DNA from: Lama guanicoe
Lineage: Eukaryota
DNA length: 64,000 nt
NCBI GenBank assembly: GCA_013239625.1
Contig: MU054049.1
Span: 73,015-137,014 of the forward strand
Direction of reading: 5' to 3'
In this document: positions 36,473 through 50,200 of the stretch, piece by piece
Layout of the letters: the number at the start of each line of letters is the position of its first letter
Position numbering within the stretch: the first letter of the stretch is position 1
Notes under the pieces: generated by a model
Database searches by the model: none
Seen by the model: only the letters and a program-made list of their open reading frames with translations
What the model was told of the DNA's origin: nothing
Made by a program: the position numbers and the translations under genes

Positions 36473-37874
36473 TGTGTCCAGCATTTTCCCCGTAAACAGC
36501 TTTGCTGCAAGTGGTTTTGCAGCACGACTAATTGGCCGTAAGGCCGTTTTGCAGTAAAAAAATAAAGTAACTGCTTGACAGTTATATTACACTAGAAAAG
36601 ACAACAAACACATCAGTTTTTGCAAATCCTCGGTGGAGCTAATCTAAGTCAGATTTTGTTAAAATTTTCATCATTTTCAAGAGACGTATACTTAACCAGG
36701 AATCACATAACCATCTCCTTTTTGGGGGAATAAGAGGAGCTTTATTCTTTCTTTGCCTCCAACTTCTGATACCACATGATAAATCTGGTAAAGATGGCAT
36801 GAGAGAACAAGCCATTGTATCTAAATGAGCTAAAGAATCCACTAAATGCTGAGAGGGCGTGGAGAAAAGGGAGCCCTCTTACACTGCTGATGGGAATGTA
36901 GTTTGGCTCAGCCATTATGGAAAACAGTATGGAGATTCCTCAAAAAACTGGAAATAGACTTACCACATGACCCAGCAATCCCACTCTTGGGCATATATCC
37001 AGAGGGATCTCTGTTTCGAAAAGACACATATACCTCAATGTTCATAGAGGCACTATTTACAACAGCCAAGATGTGGAAGCAACCTGAATGTCCATTGACA
37101 GATGAATGGTTAAAGAACTGGTGGTATACTTATACAATGGAATACTACTCAGCCATAAAAAAGAATGAAATAATGCCACTTGCAGCAATATGGATGGACC
37201 TAGAGATTATTGTACTAAGTGAAGTAAGTCAGACCAAAGACAAATATCATATCACTTATATGTAGAATCTAAAAAAAATGAGACTAATGAACTTATTTAC
37301 AAAACAGAAGCAGACTCACAGACATAGAAAACAAACCTATGATTACCAAAGGGGAAAGGCAGGGAGAGATAAATTAGGAGTTTGGGATTAGCAGATATAA
37401 GTTACTGTATATAAAATAGATAGAAAACAAAACAAGGTCCTACTGTATAGTGCAGGAAACTATTCAATAGCTTGGAATAACCTATAATGGAAAAGAATAT
37501 GAAAAGGAATATACACATGTGTAACTGAATCACTATGCTGTACACCAGAAACTAACACAACGTTGTAAATCAATTATCCTTCAATTTAAAAACATTCATC
37601 ATTAATGCTCTTGAAGACTGTCATGAATTAGTAGCTGCCTCTTACATTTTTGATAGCTTGGTAAACTTTTGGTTTTGATGGGTAGGAGGGATGACTGCTC
37701 ATGGAAGAATCTGGAAAAGCTGACCTGCGATCACTTTCTAGTGTGATGTAATTTTCAACCAGTTATTTGATCTTTTATGGCAAAGTGGCTTCATGGTCAA
37801 TTAGTTGTGCAGCAAAAATGCTTGTGAAGGAACTTCTTGCAGCGAAGATGTTTGTGGGGAAAATGCCTGCACCC
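36473..37874. mobile_element. MULE/Mutator-like (Ricksha-type) non-autonomous DNA transposon interrupted by an L1
   Basis: Imperfect TIRs at about 36473-36599 and 37735-37874. Flanking 9-mers CCAGCCAGG and CTATCCAGG match at 7/9 and form a candidate TSD. Confidence 0.7.
36844..37592 (+). mobile_element. 5'-truncated L1 (ORF2 C-terminus plus 3' UTR), inserted in the MULE-like element
   Basis: ORF 36903..37265 (QPLWKTVWRFLKKLEIDLPHDPAIPLLGIYP...WMDLEIIVLSEVSQ) is the L1 ORF2 end, followed by an artiodactyl-type L1 3' UTR ending TCAATTTAAAAA. Confidence 0.93.
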
Positions 37875-38934
37875 CTATCCAGGCACCCTCAGCCCTCACC
37901 TGCCTGTCCTCGGTACTGTCATCAGTGTCACTCTCCTTACCTCCAGTAGCTGTTGATTGTGGCCTTCTTCAGATGCTGCTGGGCTTCCTAAACCACAGTG
38001 GCTGCCTGTGCAGAGGGCCGGAGAGCTGGCAAGTTTCCATCTCTCCACCAGGGGCAGCCTAGGGAGGGGGTCTGACTATCCTGCTCCCTTGCCTCAAAGC
38101 TAGACTAACCCGGAGGTACAGCTGAAGCTCCAGAACTCCCCACAGGGTCCAGGCAAGGATAGGATGCTGAGTTTCTTGCCCTCTCATCCTGTTCTACCCA
38201 CTCCCCACCTGTGTCTCCTGGGAGCACTTCCTCCCACAGCCCTTGCATGGGAACCCTGGCCTCAGGAGTCCTTGAAGCCCTGGGCTTCTTTCCTCCTTTG
38301 AAGTCCCCTCTTGGAGAACTGCTCCTGGCTTTTCAGCCTCCTCCAGGTACGACTGGGGACCATGCCATCCTCAGAGTTCCCAGCCAAGGACTGTTATATA
38401 CCTACCCCAAATTGGACCCAGCTTCTTCAGAAATGCCAGTCAACCAGCTTTGGGCGCTACAGCTGTAAGGTGATGTCAGCTCAGGGGTAGGGAACCATTG
38501 TGGGGAGGCTGTTTTGAGATGGAGATGCTGACAAGGAAGCAGGGAGAAGTAGACATTCCAGTCCCTCAGGAACCCCTGAATCTCAGGAGAGACCCCTCAC
38601 TTCCATTGGATCTCCTGCTTGAAGTGGCTTGAGTAAAAGGTCCCTGACCAGGCTACCACAGATGTTCCTTTAAATGCCTCAGTCACCCCCCCATCAATGG
38701 ATGTCCTCTGAGGCTAAAGCTACTGTCCTGCCTGGACGAGCTCAGAGTGGGGACGTGTGTTGCAGTGAGTGGGCGGACCCTGGCCGGCCGAGGAGTAGAT
38801 GATGTCTGGAGCTTAGGATGTCGGCTCCTAAAGTGGCTGTGTCCCCGCAGCCACCCAGGTGTCATACTGACACACGGGGGTCCATCCATATTTTGGAATG
38901 GGTGACAGTCAGTTTTTCAAGATAGCACTGTCCC

Positions 38935-38945
38935 TTTAATTTATT
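38935..38945 (-). terminator. GDF10 polyadenylation signal (overlapping AATAAA/ATTAAA)
   Basis: Minus strand reads AATAAATTAAA at the end of an AU-rich 3' UTR about 780 nt past the stop. Confidence 0.75.
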
Positions 38946-39719
38946 AGCTTTCCATAAAAACACGTAACACACACCATCTACAGTAGAGAAAGTATAATTT
39001 ACAAAAATATAAAATCTTGGTTATGTTTTAGTATTCCAACATAGCACTGTAGGTGTTATTTCCATAAGCATGTTTAAACAACGCACACTTAACCAGCGAT
39101 GATCACCTCTGTGGGGAACGATGTCAATTCCCTCCTTTCTGTTTTAAAATAAAATACATATCGAGGAAAAGAAACCGAAATTGGTTATATGTGTATACGG
39201 TATGTAGACAAGCTTTTGCAATGGATTTGGAAAGAAAACAGCCATTGATATCATCATTTAGGCCCTGTTTTCCAGCATCACTATGTGGTCCCAAGTGTTT
39301 TCAAACTGATTATTTAAACAGAGTTTCTTTCTATGTGAAGGGAGTGAAGCTCTCAGGTTTGAAGCCTTCTATCCAGGTTATGAGATGATGGTTACAAAAC
39401 CCAACATTGTGGACATGTCCAGTTTTCAGGCCTTGAGGGCAGAGGGGACAGGTGGTGGGTGACCATCAGGCCAGGGCTAATTCAGATCCCTTCAGAGGAT
39501 TCAGACCGACATTTAGGGGGCTGAGTCACTAGCAATGAAAGACCCCAGAATGATGCCTCAGGGGACAGATCTTTCTGGGACCCAGCATGGCTCCCTGGGA
39601 GCTCTGCCCTGCCTTTGTGGCTGCATTCTGAGTCAAGCGCTCGCTCCAGAAGGTTCTGAGAATGTTGTCCTGCTGGGCACGGGGCGGGACAGGTTTCTCC
39701 CACTCCAGAGTGGCCGGTC

Positions 39720-39911
39720 TTACCGGCAAGCACAGGTCTCCACAGACATGTTGGGGTACACCTTCAGAACGACGTTCCGGTTCTCATCCAGGAAGAGGAC
39801 CCCGAGAGAGTTCATCTTGTCGGGAACGCAGCAAGGCTCTGGGATGCCCGGGACGATGCCCACGGCCCTGACGATGCTTTGGATGGTGGCGTGGTTGGAC
39901 GGGCGGACGAT
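39720..39911 (-). CDS. GDF10: GDF10 coding exon 3 (192 nt, to stop); full protein 477 aa
   Basis: TTGCAG|ATC acceptor. Encodes [63 protein letters not shown]. Confidence 0.98.
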   Translation of the reverse strand: MVRPSNHATIQSIVRAVGIVPGIPEPCCVPDKMNSLGVLFLDENRNVVLKVYPNMSVETCACR

Positions 39912-41823
39912 CTGCAAGGCGGAAAGAGGCATGGTTACTTCTGTGCTCAGCCCACCTGGCAGTTCTCACCCGCCCACCGTACCACCCGCACATCCTTGAC
40001 TGAGGTCACAGGAAAGGCATTGGCCTAGAAGAAAAGGTGAGGTCCTAGGGCAGGGTACACATCTCCTGTGAAGTCCGTTTGCAAAAGGCCTTCCTGGCCC
40101 TCAAGCCGAGGAAGTCACATCCCCTACATGGCACTGGCCACCTGGGGGCACCTGTGCATCACACATCCCCAAGGAGCACCTTGAACTGGAAGGGAGCTCC
40201 AGAGGGATGGTCCAGGGAGATGCCCAGCTGGTTCCACCCAGAGCCACAGCTGCCCAGATGTCAGCCTGAGGCACACCAACACGCTTGCCACGTGAGCATG
40301 TTCTCAGCACTGGAGGGGAAGGCCTGCAGGCACACATGTACATCGGCTTGTAGGGCTGGAAACTCATTCCTGGGCGGGTCTGACTTCAGGGTGTCACCTG
40401 CATCATCCCGCCGTGTCATCGCATCAGTCTTACAGGGTGGGTAGGACCTTAATTTTACTGGTAAGGAAACTGAGGCTTAACGTGACTAAATAACTTGACC
40501 AAGAGCCCTCAGTTAGAAAGCAGTCTGGCTTGGAAACCATGCTCACTGGGCCCACACCGACTCTCCCCACCTCCTGCCCCTGGCAGCCTCTCACATCCAG
40601 AAGGGTCTGGGTCCCAGCCCTAATTACAGAGAAGGCTGTTCCTTAAGCACCTCCCACAAGATGACCAGGACCACATCACAGGTGCTTCAGCTCGTAGTCG
40701 GCCAAAGACAGTCTTATATATATAGTGCATGGATGAGGGAGGTGGCTGGTGGGCAGGAGGGGAGGAGAGGGACACCGGCGTTTTGGGAGATCAGGCTAGT
40801 GTCAGGGAAGGCGGGAAGACAGCAAGGCAGACTGATAAGTTAAGTGCAGGGTCAGCCAGCCAGTACTCACCCTGCATCTGCCCCAGGTCTGTGCAGGGCC
40901 CTCCGGCAGACGCCTGTCTCTGTCAGGCTCCTCCCTTCCTCTCTCCCACACATGCACGGCTTGGAGAAGAAGCCTCTTAATTCCCTCACCAAGTTAATGT
41001 GGCCCCATCTCTGGGTCTGGGACTTCCCAGATGGCTGATTCATTCATGGTTCGCACTGGATTTATGCGCTGACTTCCTTTCTTGGAGGGAAAGGCATGAC
41101 CTGGGACTCAGCGGAGGAGCTAAGTAGGAGGAAAGTGTGTGTTCCCTGTGGAGGTCGACATCAGCTGGCTGCCGGCCTACCGGTGTTCAGGCTGTGGGGT
41201 GATGGATGGACAGAGCCATAGCCCAGCCTGGAGGGAAGGTGAGCATCTGAAAAACGAGGCCATGGATAAAACAGCCCCATGCGGTCGCAATGGGAGCTAG
41301 TTGCCCCGTGAATCCCCGGCCTGAGTGGAAGGGAGAGGGTAGGGGGGGAGTCACCCTGGGAAGCCATTGAGGCCAGCTCTGTGCTGGTCACAGACACCAA
41401 CGCCCCGAGGTCTAGCCCAGGAACAGAAACAAGAGCCCTTGCGAGGAGGGGGCTTCAGAGGTCTGAGCTGCGTGCAGCGGGGCAGTGTCTACTCCACATG
41501 TGTAGATTTTGCTATGTAGGAACACATCCCTAAGGAGATGGATTCTCCTGCTTTGCAAAAGGAGAACTGTTCTGATTTAAAATTCAAATTCCACGAAGGC
41601 AACACTTGCAAAAGCACAGCCAGGCTGCATCCATCTGTGGGCTGCATCCACCCCGCCGGCTGCTGCGCTGGCACCTCTATGTACTATATGTGCCTTGAAT
41701 AGATGGGAGGTGTTATTATCCCTATTTAGAGGCAGAAAACAGTCATAAGGCAGAGGGGCTTGCCAGGCGGGGCAGAGCTGAGCGTCACAATTAGCCAAGG
41801 GGCAGAATACACCTACACCCTAC

Positions 41824-42749
41824 CTTGGGCATGGGGAACTCGCAGGTCCCCGAGCAGTAGTAGGCGTCGAAGGACTTGGGCGAGATGATCCATTCGTTCC
41901 ACCCGATGTCCGCGAAGTCCACCTTCAGGTACCTCCGGGAGCAGACCCGCGGCTCGTCCCACTGCTTCCTCCGGGCTTTCTGCATTGTCTTCTCGTCGAA
42001 GTCCAGCACCTGCGAGGAGGCCATGAGCACATCCTGGCCCTTCCTCCGGCGGTCCTTGCGCCCGGGCCGTGGCTTCAGCGCCCGGAAGGGGCTGGGCCAC
42101 AGCTGGTGCTTGTGGTGGTGCTGGGTGTGGGGCGCGTGTGCCGGCCGCTCGTCCAGCCCTGGCAGCTCATTGTCCTGGAGGGGCCCAGTGGCCTGCGTGG
42201 CCCGGCGCACTCGGGGGTCTGTAGAGTTGTTGGGGGCTGCGCCAGGCTCTGGGTCCCCAGCCTGGAAGGGGTCGTATCTCTGCAGTGTCACTGCCACGCT
42301 GTTGGGCTCTGAGATGGCCAGGTCGTTGGCGTAGATGAGGATGTAGGGTGCGTGGGGGCTGGGCCGGGAGGCCCCAGGGGCCTTCTCTCCAGAATCCAGC
42401 TGGGCCGACAGGAGCAGCTCGCCATCACGGCGGGCCGCCTTGACGATGGGGGATATGTCCTTGGCCTGCCACAGGCCCCGTGGTGGGGGTGGCAGGGCCA
42501 TGGCCCCGCGGAGCAGCCCCTGCGTGGCGGTGTTCTGTGAGAGGCTGCGGAAGAGCAGGTGCTGGCGTGCCGGGGGGCCTGGGGGCAGCAGGAGGCAGGA
42601 TGCGTTCTTGGCCCGCTGTTTACATGGTGCCTCACGCGCCCGGGGCCAGCGCGGCTCCGAGTAGAAGTGGAATGTGGCCATGAGGATCATTTCCGAGTCC
42701 TGCATCGAAGTCAGGTTGAAGAAATACACGGCCTTCTGGTTGACCACTT
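41824..42749 (-). CDS. GDF10: GDF10 coding exon 2 (926 nt)
   Basis: CGCAG|AA acceptor. Encodes EVVNQKAVYFFNLTSMQDSEMIL...ARRKQWDEPRVCSRRYLKVDFADIGWNEWIISPKSFDAYYCSGTCEFPMPK. Donor AAG|GTAGGG. Confidence 0.97.
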
Positions 42750-44224
42750 CTGCGAGGGGAGGACAGACCACAGCCCGTTAGGTTGTCTCCTTGGAGAGGC
42801 CCTGTGCTCTTAGGGTCTCCGGCCCAGGGCCAGGGTGGAGGAGGAACTCGCCAATCCGGGGAGCGCTGCCAGCCTAGCCAGGCTTTCCTCATCTCATGTA
42901 ATTCTCACAGTAAACTGATGAGGGCACCCTTTGCTATTTTCAGTGAAAGGATGGAGATGAGGGATGGAGGTCAGAAGGCTGGGGACTGTCAATATCCCAT
43001 TGCAAAAAAAGGAAGAAAAAAAGGTAGCAGGCAGGGTAGATGTTCACGCCTGCTAGACCCTGCAGTTCCTGTTCCTCCCTCTGCGCTCCAACACTTCTCA
43101 GTGAGCAAATGAACAAACGATCCCCTACACCTTCATTCATGAGATAAGGATGGTCTGGGATGGGTCCAGGCCCTGCTGACTGCAGCCCCCCCACCCTGTA
43201 TTTGCATAGCCCTCTATTTTATAGACTTTAAATGCAACCCATTTTCCAAATGAGTTAAAATAAGTAGAGTGCCCCATACTTTTCCTGCATCTTGAGTGTC
43301 TCCTGAGGGAAACTGGGCTTAAGAGCACAGCCACTGGGGCGCCTACTGTTTATTCTGCCCAAGGCCTTTTATACTTGTTTTACAAAGAAAGAGTAATATC
43401 AGGATTGCCCCAGGTCACTCAACAAAATCGCCAACATCCAGGTTGCTCTCCAGGGGCCCAAACCATGAAAAGGACCGGGAGCCCTCAAACATCATACCTG
43501 CCGCTCAAGAACCCTTCAGGCCCCGCATCCCTGGGGCTGTCAACCAGCCCGCCCTTGTCTCTCGGGTCCACCAGGTGTACCGCAGAGCCCCAGGGCAGAA
43601 CACCCTTGTCTGCAGCCTCAAGAAGCGGCCCTGAGCCCTGGCAGCATGAGTTCTGTAAATAGCAAGCCCTCTCTAAGGTTTGGATGGACGGAGGCATCAT
43701 TCCCGTGGTCGCCCCGTGATGCTGCAGATGAACAGGAGACCAGAGCTGCTATGTCAGCTGCCTCCCTCCCGCTGCTCTATTTCCTGCTGCCAGGTGTCTG
43801 CCTGCTGGGTGAGGCCGGGAGAGGTACAGGGCTCTCAAGAGTGGGGGTGTGTGTGCGTGTATGCATGCATGTGTGTGTGGACAATGGGCTTTCCAAAGGG
43901 CATGTGTGAAGGCCACAGCTTCTCTGACATCTGCATCCACAGGATCAGCTGGTATTTTTTTTTTAAACCAAAATCTTTAGTTTAAGGTTATTTGTTTCTA
44001 TTGAGAAGAAGGCATAATTCAATTGGGAACATCCATGTATTTTTAAGGCTCTATGAGAGAGGAAGGAAAGAAAAATCGGAGGGTCTGATAAATGCCAGTC
44101 AAGACTTGGGTGACACTCAAAGATCCTACCTTACTGAATTCTCAGAACAAATCCGCGGAGAGGCGCAGCGGCCCCTCAACATGTAAGAAGTAGTTCATGG
44201 TCTTGATGCACATTTAAAGTTGGC

Positions 44225-44410
44225 TTCCCCAAACCCTGCGGCCCTGAGTGTCATGGTCTCCGGTTCTGCATTTCCCAAACCTCCCTGATCACTGTCTCCC
44301 TCCCCTAGAGATACTGATTCAGAGGGTCTGGGACAGTAGGGCCCAGATATTCGTATTTTAATGAGCATCTTAGGGATTCTAAACATCAGGGAAGTTTAAG
44401 AAGCAATGGT
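44225..44410. mobile_element. MER5-like hAT element
   Basis: AGAGATACTGATTCAGAGGGTCTGGG...GGGCCCAG...TTTTAATGAGCATC...AGTTTAAGAAGCAATG. Confidence 0.6.
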
Positions 44411-45519
44411 GGGCAATGGCTGTGTATCCACAGCATCTGGGGTTGGCAGGTGGTGGGTGGGGATGCAAGTTCACTAACGAGGCAACCTCCACCCTCCAAG
44501 CTAGGAAAGACCCTAGGAACCGTGCTCCCAGGCCCGGATGGGACTGTGATTGGCTCATCTGCCTCAGACGGACAACAGAATCTCTGTCTCACGTGAATGC
44601 TTGGAGGATTAAATAAATAACATGTGATGTGCCAGGCCCAAAGGAAGATTCCCCAAATGTGGTTCCCTGTCACTTTCATCTAAAGGACCAAGGCTGCCAG
44701 AGCAAATTCCTCCTATACCAGTTTAGGTCCCTGTCACACAATGGCCCAGATAGCATAGCGGAAAAAAGTGTTTTTCTTTTATCCAACTCAAGTCTTAACT
44801 CCATTGTTCTGCTAACAGGTTCTTTGCTGGAGAACACTTAAGAAGTTCTAGGAGAGACATTTCTGACTCCTTCCGAAAAGCTGGCCTTTCATAGCAAGAT
44901 GCTGGCCTGAACCTACGGCTGTTGGTGAGAACGAAAAATGGCAAACTTGGGGGAACAGAGATGGGGCTGCCCAGAGGAAAGCACCTGGCTCTCCCACCCC
45001 TTCCAGTGATGAGGTGAGGGATGAGAGAGGGTACAAAGAAGGACAACTGTGACCACCAGGGTGGGGACAACAACCTCAGCTTGAGGTGGTTGTGGCCCAA
45101 GGAAGACGCTGGGAAGACCACCTCCTGGGGTGCTGAGGAGCACGGGGCGGGGGCCTTTTCTGGAGGTCATTTCTGCCTGAGGTGGAGGAAGGGGACGGCC
45201 AATGCTGCCCCTCCCTCGGGATGGAGAACCGAGGAGAGCACGCTCAGGGACTCACACCGGGAGGTTTGGCAGCCTTACGGGTCAGGCAGCCTGATCAAGG
45301 CTTGGGAAACCCCTACTTGGGCCAAATGCCGGGCTGATTCCTTCCTCTATCTATTGTAGTTCCTTTAAAGTACATCAAAGTTCCCAACTGAATGTGCTCC
45401 TGGCAAAGGTGGTCAGAGGTACTCAGAGGAGCTCAGCCCAGGGATGAGACAGTGGTAACTGTGGGGATGTCCATCTACAGCACCTGTCACAGCTTCAAGA
45501 ACACAGTCCAGGTGAGGCC

Positions 45520-46045
45520 CCGGCAGGTGCCTTCAACCTCAGGTCACCATCCACTCAGAGCCCTCCATTGCCTCCCAAATAAAACTCAAAACCTTACCAA
45601 GGTGCTGTTTGCTCTGGCCTGCCGACCTCCCCAGCTCCATCTGCTCCCAGCACCCCGATCTCTGCTCTGTCACCCTGGCCTTCCTGTCCTTCCAACACGA
45701 AGCTCCCGTCTCAGGGCTTTGTCCCAGCTGTTTCTTCTGCCATCACCCCTCCTCCTCCAGGAATCACTCCCCTCTTCTTCAGATCTTTGCTTGAGAAGCA
45801 TCCTCAACAAAGGGTCGCATTGGCTCCCTTGGCTGGAGGAGCAGCCCCCTCGCTCTGTCTGTCCCCTGCTTCACTTGTCTTCACCTCACCTTTGGACACC
45901 CTGATATATATTTTGTTGCTGTTGTTTCTCTTTCCTCTTAGAATGCTAACTCCAAGAGAGTGGGGCTTCGCCAGCTGTGCGCACTGCTGCATCCCTACAT
46001 CCTGGCACTTCGTGATGTCACTGCTCAGAAATACATGCTGAATGG
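45520..46045 (+). mobile_element. L2 LINE 3' fragment
   Basis: Pyrimidine-rich body ending TAGAATGCTAACTCCAAGAG...CACTGCTGCATCCC...TGCTCAGAAATACATGCTGAATG, typical of the L2 3' end. Confidence 0.7.
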
Positions 46046-47009
46046 CAGGGGAGGGTGGAGTCTTTGCTAGATCTGTCCGCTTCACTTAACAAAGGGGCTT
46101 CCTGGCTTGCTGCCCTGGGGCTCAGCGAACATCCTGAAAGAGGTTCAGAAGGCCTCCTTCTTTGGAAAGACACAGCCGATTATGCAGATCCAACTGGAGG
46201 CACTGGGCAGTGGAATCTCTATCCAGTTGTTTCCCCCTTGAGCCTTAGTTTTCTCATCTTTAAAATGGGAATAATATGGCTTATTAATTATGAAGCTCAA
46301 AGCATATAGTCACACTTGATTCCTCACTTTCACAATGAGGGGAGCCGAGATGGTGAGTGGACAAAAAGATGGTGCTTCAGAGAGGAGACGGAACTACATC
46401 AATTGCCTGGAGTCCCCCAGCCAGTAAGGGGCAGAGCCGGGATGTGCACCCAGGCCTGCGTGAGTCCAAGCCCAGGCCCACGTGAGTCCAAGCCCAGGCC
46501 CTTCCCCACCCTCCCATACCACATGCTCTGGATCTGCCTAACAGCTAATGTAACAAAGATCAGGTGCTGTGAGCTCTAAAATAGTTTAAAAACACAAGTT
46601 ATTATTTGGGCGATTTTGAGTTCTGACTCTTCAAGAAAGAAAAGATCGACCTTATTTAGACAAGCTGTTCTCTTTATGGATCTTCGGAAATCTTAGAGCC
46701 CGTCATTTCCACTCTACTGGGGACTCAACCTCCTTCACAACTCGTCAGGGATGGGGCTGGAGAGGAAAGAGGCAGGGAAGGGGCCCTAGCCTGCGGGTCC
46801 TCCCAGGCTCCCTGCTGGCCAACCCTCAGGCCAGGAGGACCCTCAAGACTGTTCCAAGCAGAATCCAAGCCACCTGGAGATCTGTCCCTTCACCCACTGC
46901 CTCTGAAACAGCCATCAGGGTGACGGGAGTGAGAACACCGGAAGGAAGTGGGATGAAGGAAGAAAGCAGTGCGCCGGCCAGTGGTGCAGCAGAGAAAGGA
47001 AGAGGGTCT

Positions 47010-47225
47010 ATTTTTAGGTAAGCTCCAGAGTCAGGGTTTAAACCCTGCTTCACCACTTACTAGCGGTGGGACCTAAGACAAATCACAGAACCTCTCTGTG
47101 CTTCAGTTTCCTCATCTGTAAACCAGGCAGAATCTGTATATGAGCCTCCTGAATTTGGAAGATCCTCTCCGCAGAGCTCTCAGCAAGGTGCGTGGTACCC
47201 TGCACATGCTCAGAACATACTGGTC
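47010..47225 (+). mobile_element. MIR SINE
   Basis: AACCTCTCTGTGCTTCAGTTTCCTCATCTGTAAA core. Confidence 0.7.
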
Positions 47226-50200
47226 ATGTGATGTCACAAGCTACTGCTATGCTCAGGGCACCTCACCCCTGTTCCCTGTCCTCATGCTCGATCAGAGGCA
47301 CTGCCATGCATCCACCCTCTCCAGCAGGAGCCTGAGAATTGTCATGGCCATGACCCCCTCCTGCATCCAACCAATCCCAGTTCCTACTGGGGCCGCATCC
47401 GGTTTCTCCACTGCCATCTGGAGCTCCCCATCCTTCCACGACTGTCTTCGTCCACAGCCTGACTCAGCCGCCATGGGACCCCAGGACACTGTCACCCTCA
47501 CGTCACACTCATGCTTCACAAGGAAATCATCTGTTACAGATGAAGAGTTCATATCCTTCAAAACCTCTACACATCAGTAAGAAAAAGACCAGAACCTCAG
47601 TTAGATGAAGTGATTTCCACAGGAAAAACTGCAAATGGCCAAAAGGCATGAAAAACCAATTCAAGATGACTAGTAATGAAAAATAAAAACAAAAATAGAA
47701 ACTTCAAATGAGAATGAGGCTATAACAAGTTTTACCTGCATGTTGAAAATATGGTCCCATTAGGGTAAAAAAACCAAAATATAATATGTATACGTATTCC
47801 ACCAAAATATTAACTCTGGTTATATCTGGGTTGCAATTGAGTTTAATTTCTTTTCTTTACTCTGATTTTCTATTATTTCTGGGTAAGTATGCATTTCTTT
47901 TATAATCTCTCTCCTCTCCTCCCCTCTCTTCCTTTTTTCTCTTTCCTTCCTCCCTCTCTCTCCCTCTCTCCCTGTCCCACTGGATACACACTTTATACAG
48001 CCTCACTGCCTACAGGCAAACTCATAACATTCAAGGCTTTTGGTGGCCTTGGCGGCCCGCTGGTCTGCTTCTGTTTCCCACCTCTCTCTTCCTGTTACTT
48101 CCTCACTGAAGCCACCTCTGCACAGTTCCTGGCACACAGGGCTCTGTTTCACCTCTGGCTAACACCACTTGCCCTTCTGAATCTCTCTGAGCTCCCCGTG
48201 CTCTGTGAAGGCTTCACTGGCCCCTCCCCACCAGCCCTTCCCCTGCTGGATCAGTGCCCGCCCCCAGCCCTTTCTCTCTCCCTTGTACCACCTGCTCCAC
48301 TGCTCACATTCTCCTGTTTAGTTCTCCCTTCTCCACCAGTTCGTGAGTTTTTCTGGGCAGGGCCAGTAGGCCAGGTTTCTTTGTGTCCTCCGAGCTTACA
48401 GCACCTGCCACCGAATGAGGCGCTTAGGAAAGACTCGGGAAACTGAATGTGACTTTCGGCAATGTCGACAAATGGGCATTATTATTACTCCTATTTTAGA
48501 AACGGAGAAATCAAGCTCAGAGAGGTTAAGAAACTTGCCCTATATCACACAGGTAGGTGTAAAAGCCTAGGTTTAAGTGCAAATCGTTTGGGGCTGAGAG
48601 TGATGTAGACTTAATAGGGAACAGGACACCCTTCGGAGAGGGAAGGAGTTGGGTGGCTGGAGTAATAACAGCAGAGCTAATAAATTACTGAACTTACATG
48701 TGCTAGGCACTGTGTTAAGCACTGTGCTTATCTCAGTTCAATTAAAAAATGCTACAAAGAAAAGCCCCATTTTAGAACTGAAAAAAAAAAAAGTCATGGC
48801 CAAGTTCAGTCACTGGCCAAGACCACAGACTAAGGATTGGGACCTCACCAGTCCAGCTCACAGCCTGCACTCAGAACCTCAGCTATGCTGCCTGGTGGCA
48901 GGCAAGGGACATGGTTCCACTGCAACAAGAGCTGCAGGGACCACCCAACTGAGGCAGCTGAGGCTACTGTCATGGAGCAGGCTGGGACCGGTATGATTCA
49001 GAACCAGAGCCGAAGCCCCCAGCATCTGTGCCTCATCCATAAGATGAGGGGGTCTCTGCCCAGGCTCATGTTTCCTTACCGTTGGGTCTCTGGGTCACGA
49101 AGCGGGAACCTCTGAGGGCTAGCAAGGAGCTGGGCATGAAGCAAGGGAAGGGATGAGAAACCCAGCTGGCTGGGCTCACTCTCTGCCCGGAACAAAATCC
49201 ATCTCATCCCACTATGTGCACAAGAAATCGATGCTCAGAGAGGTAAAATGATGTGTACCACAGCACTCAGCCAGTAGCTGATGGAGCTGGGACTTGCACC
49301 CATGGTTGTCAGGTGGTTCCAAACAAGAGTGTTGGATTTGTCAGACAGTCCCAGACTGCTCCAGAATAATTCTGATCTTCCAGAATTGTCTGTTCCACCC
49401 TCTGTCTCCTAAGTCCTGGGCTCAGTTCTGATGAAGGTGGGTGGAGGGGACTAACAGCGAGGGGAACACGAGCCTGGCAGATGGAAAGTGCCACTGTGAA
49501 CAGCTCCCCCTCCCGGGCCTCAGTTTCCTTATCTGTAAAATGGGAGGGCTGGATTTAAAGTACCATTTCCAGGTCCTTTTCAGGGATAACTGTTGCTTCA
49601 CTGTTCCTTATACTACCCTAGCCTGGGAGAATAAAAAAACAGACTGTGGGCAAAAGCAGCTGGTGGGCTCAACAGGCACGCTCACCTCTTGTTGCAGCAG
49701 TGACCTTGTCAGCCTTGCTTTCCTCAACTGCAAAGCTTTGGGGACCGAGTTAATGGATGCCAGGTCAAGTCTACACCTGTATGAACACAAATGCTTTGTA
49801 TTCCAGGGAAACACCTAACCCTGTCAGTGCTGGGCTCAGGGCTTACCCATATCACCTCATGTCATCTACCCAACAGGGAAGATACAGCTATGGTCTGCCC
49901 ATTTTGTAGATGAGTACGCTCAAGTCCACAGAGCTTCAGTGATTGCCCAAGGTCACGGTCATGCTAAATGATTCTTGAGTAGCTTAATATTGATGTTCCA
50001 GAAATGGGCCCCAAGAGGTGAATAAGAGGTACCAGGAAGGACGGAGTTAGATTTGGTTGGCCCGGAGCCCAGGAACACTGACCTAGTGAGTCTGGCCATC
50101 CTAGTGCTCCCCGGGACATGTTTATGTGAGACCAAGCTTCCCATGTCTGGCTCTGAGGCCACTGATGTTACCTTGAGTCACACAGCCAGTGATCAACAGG

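Noticed and set aside
36903..37265. 120-aa ORF as a host gene
   Set aside because: It is the C-terminus of L1 ORF2 from a 5'-truncated insertion.
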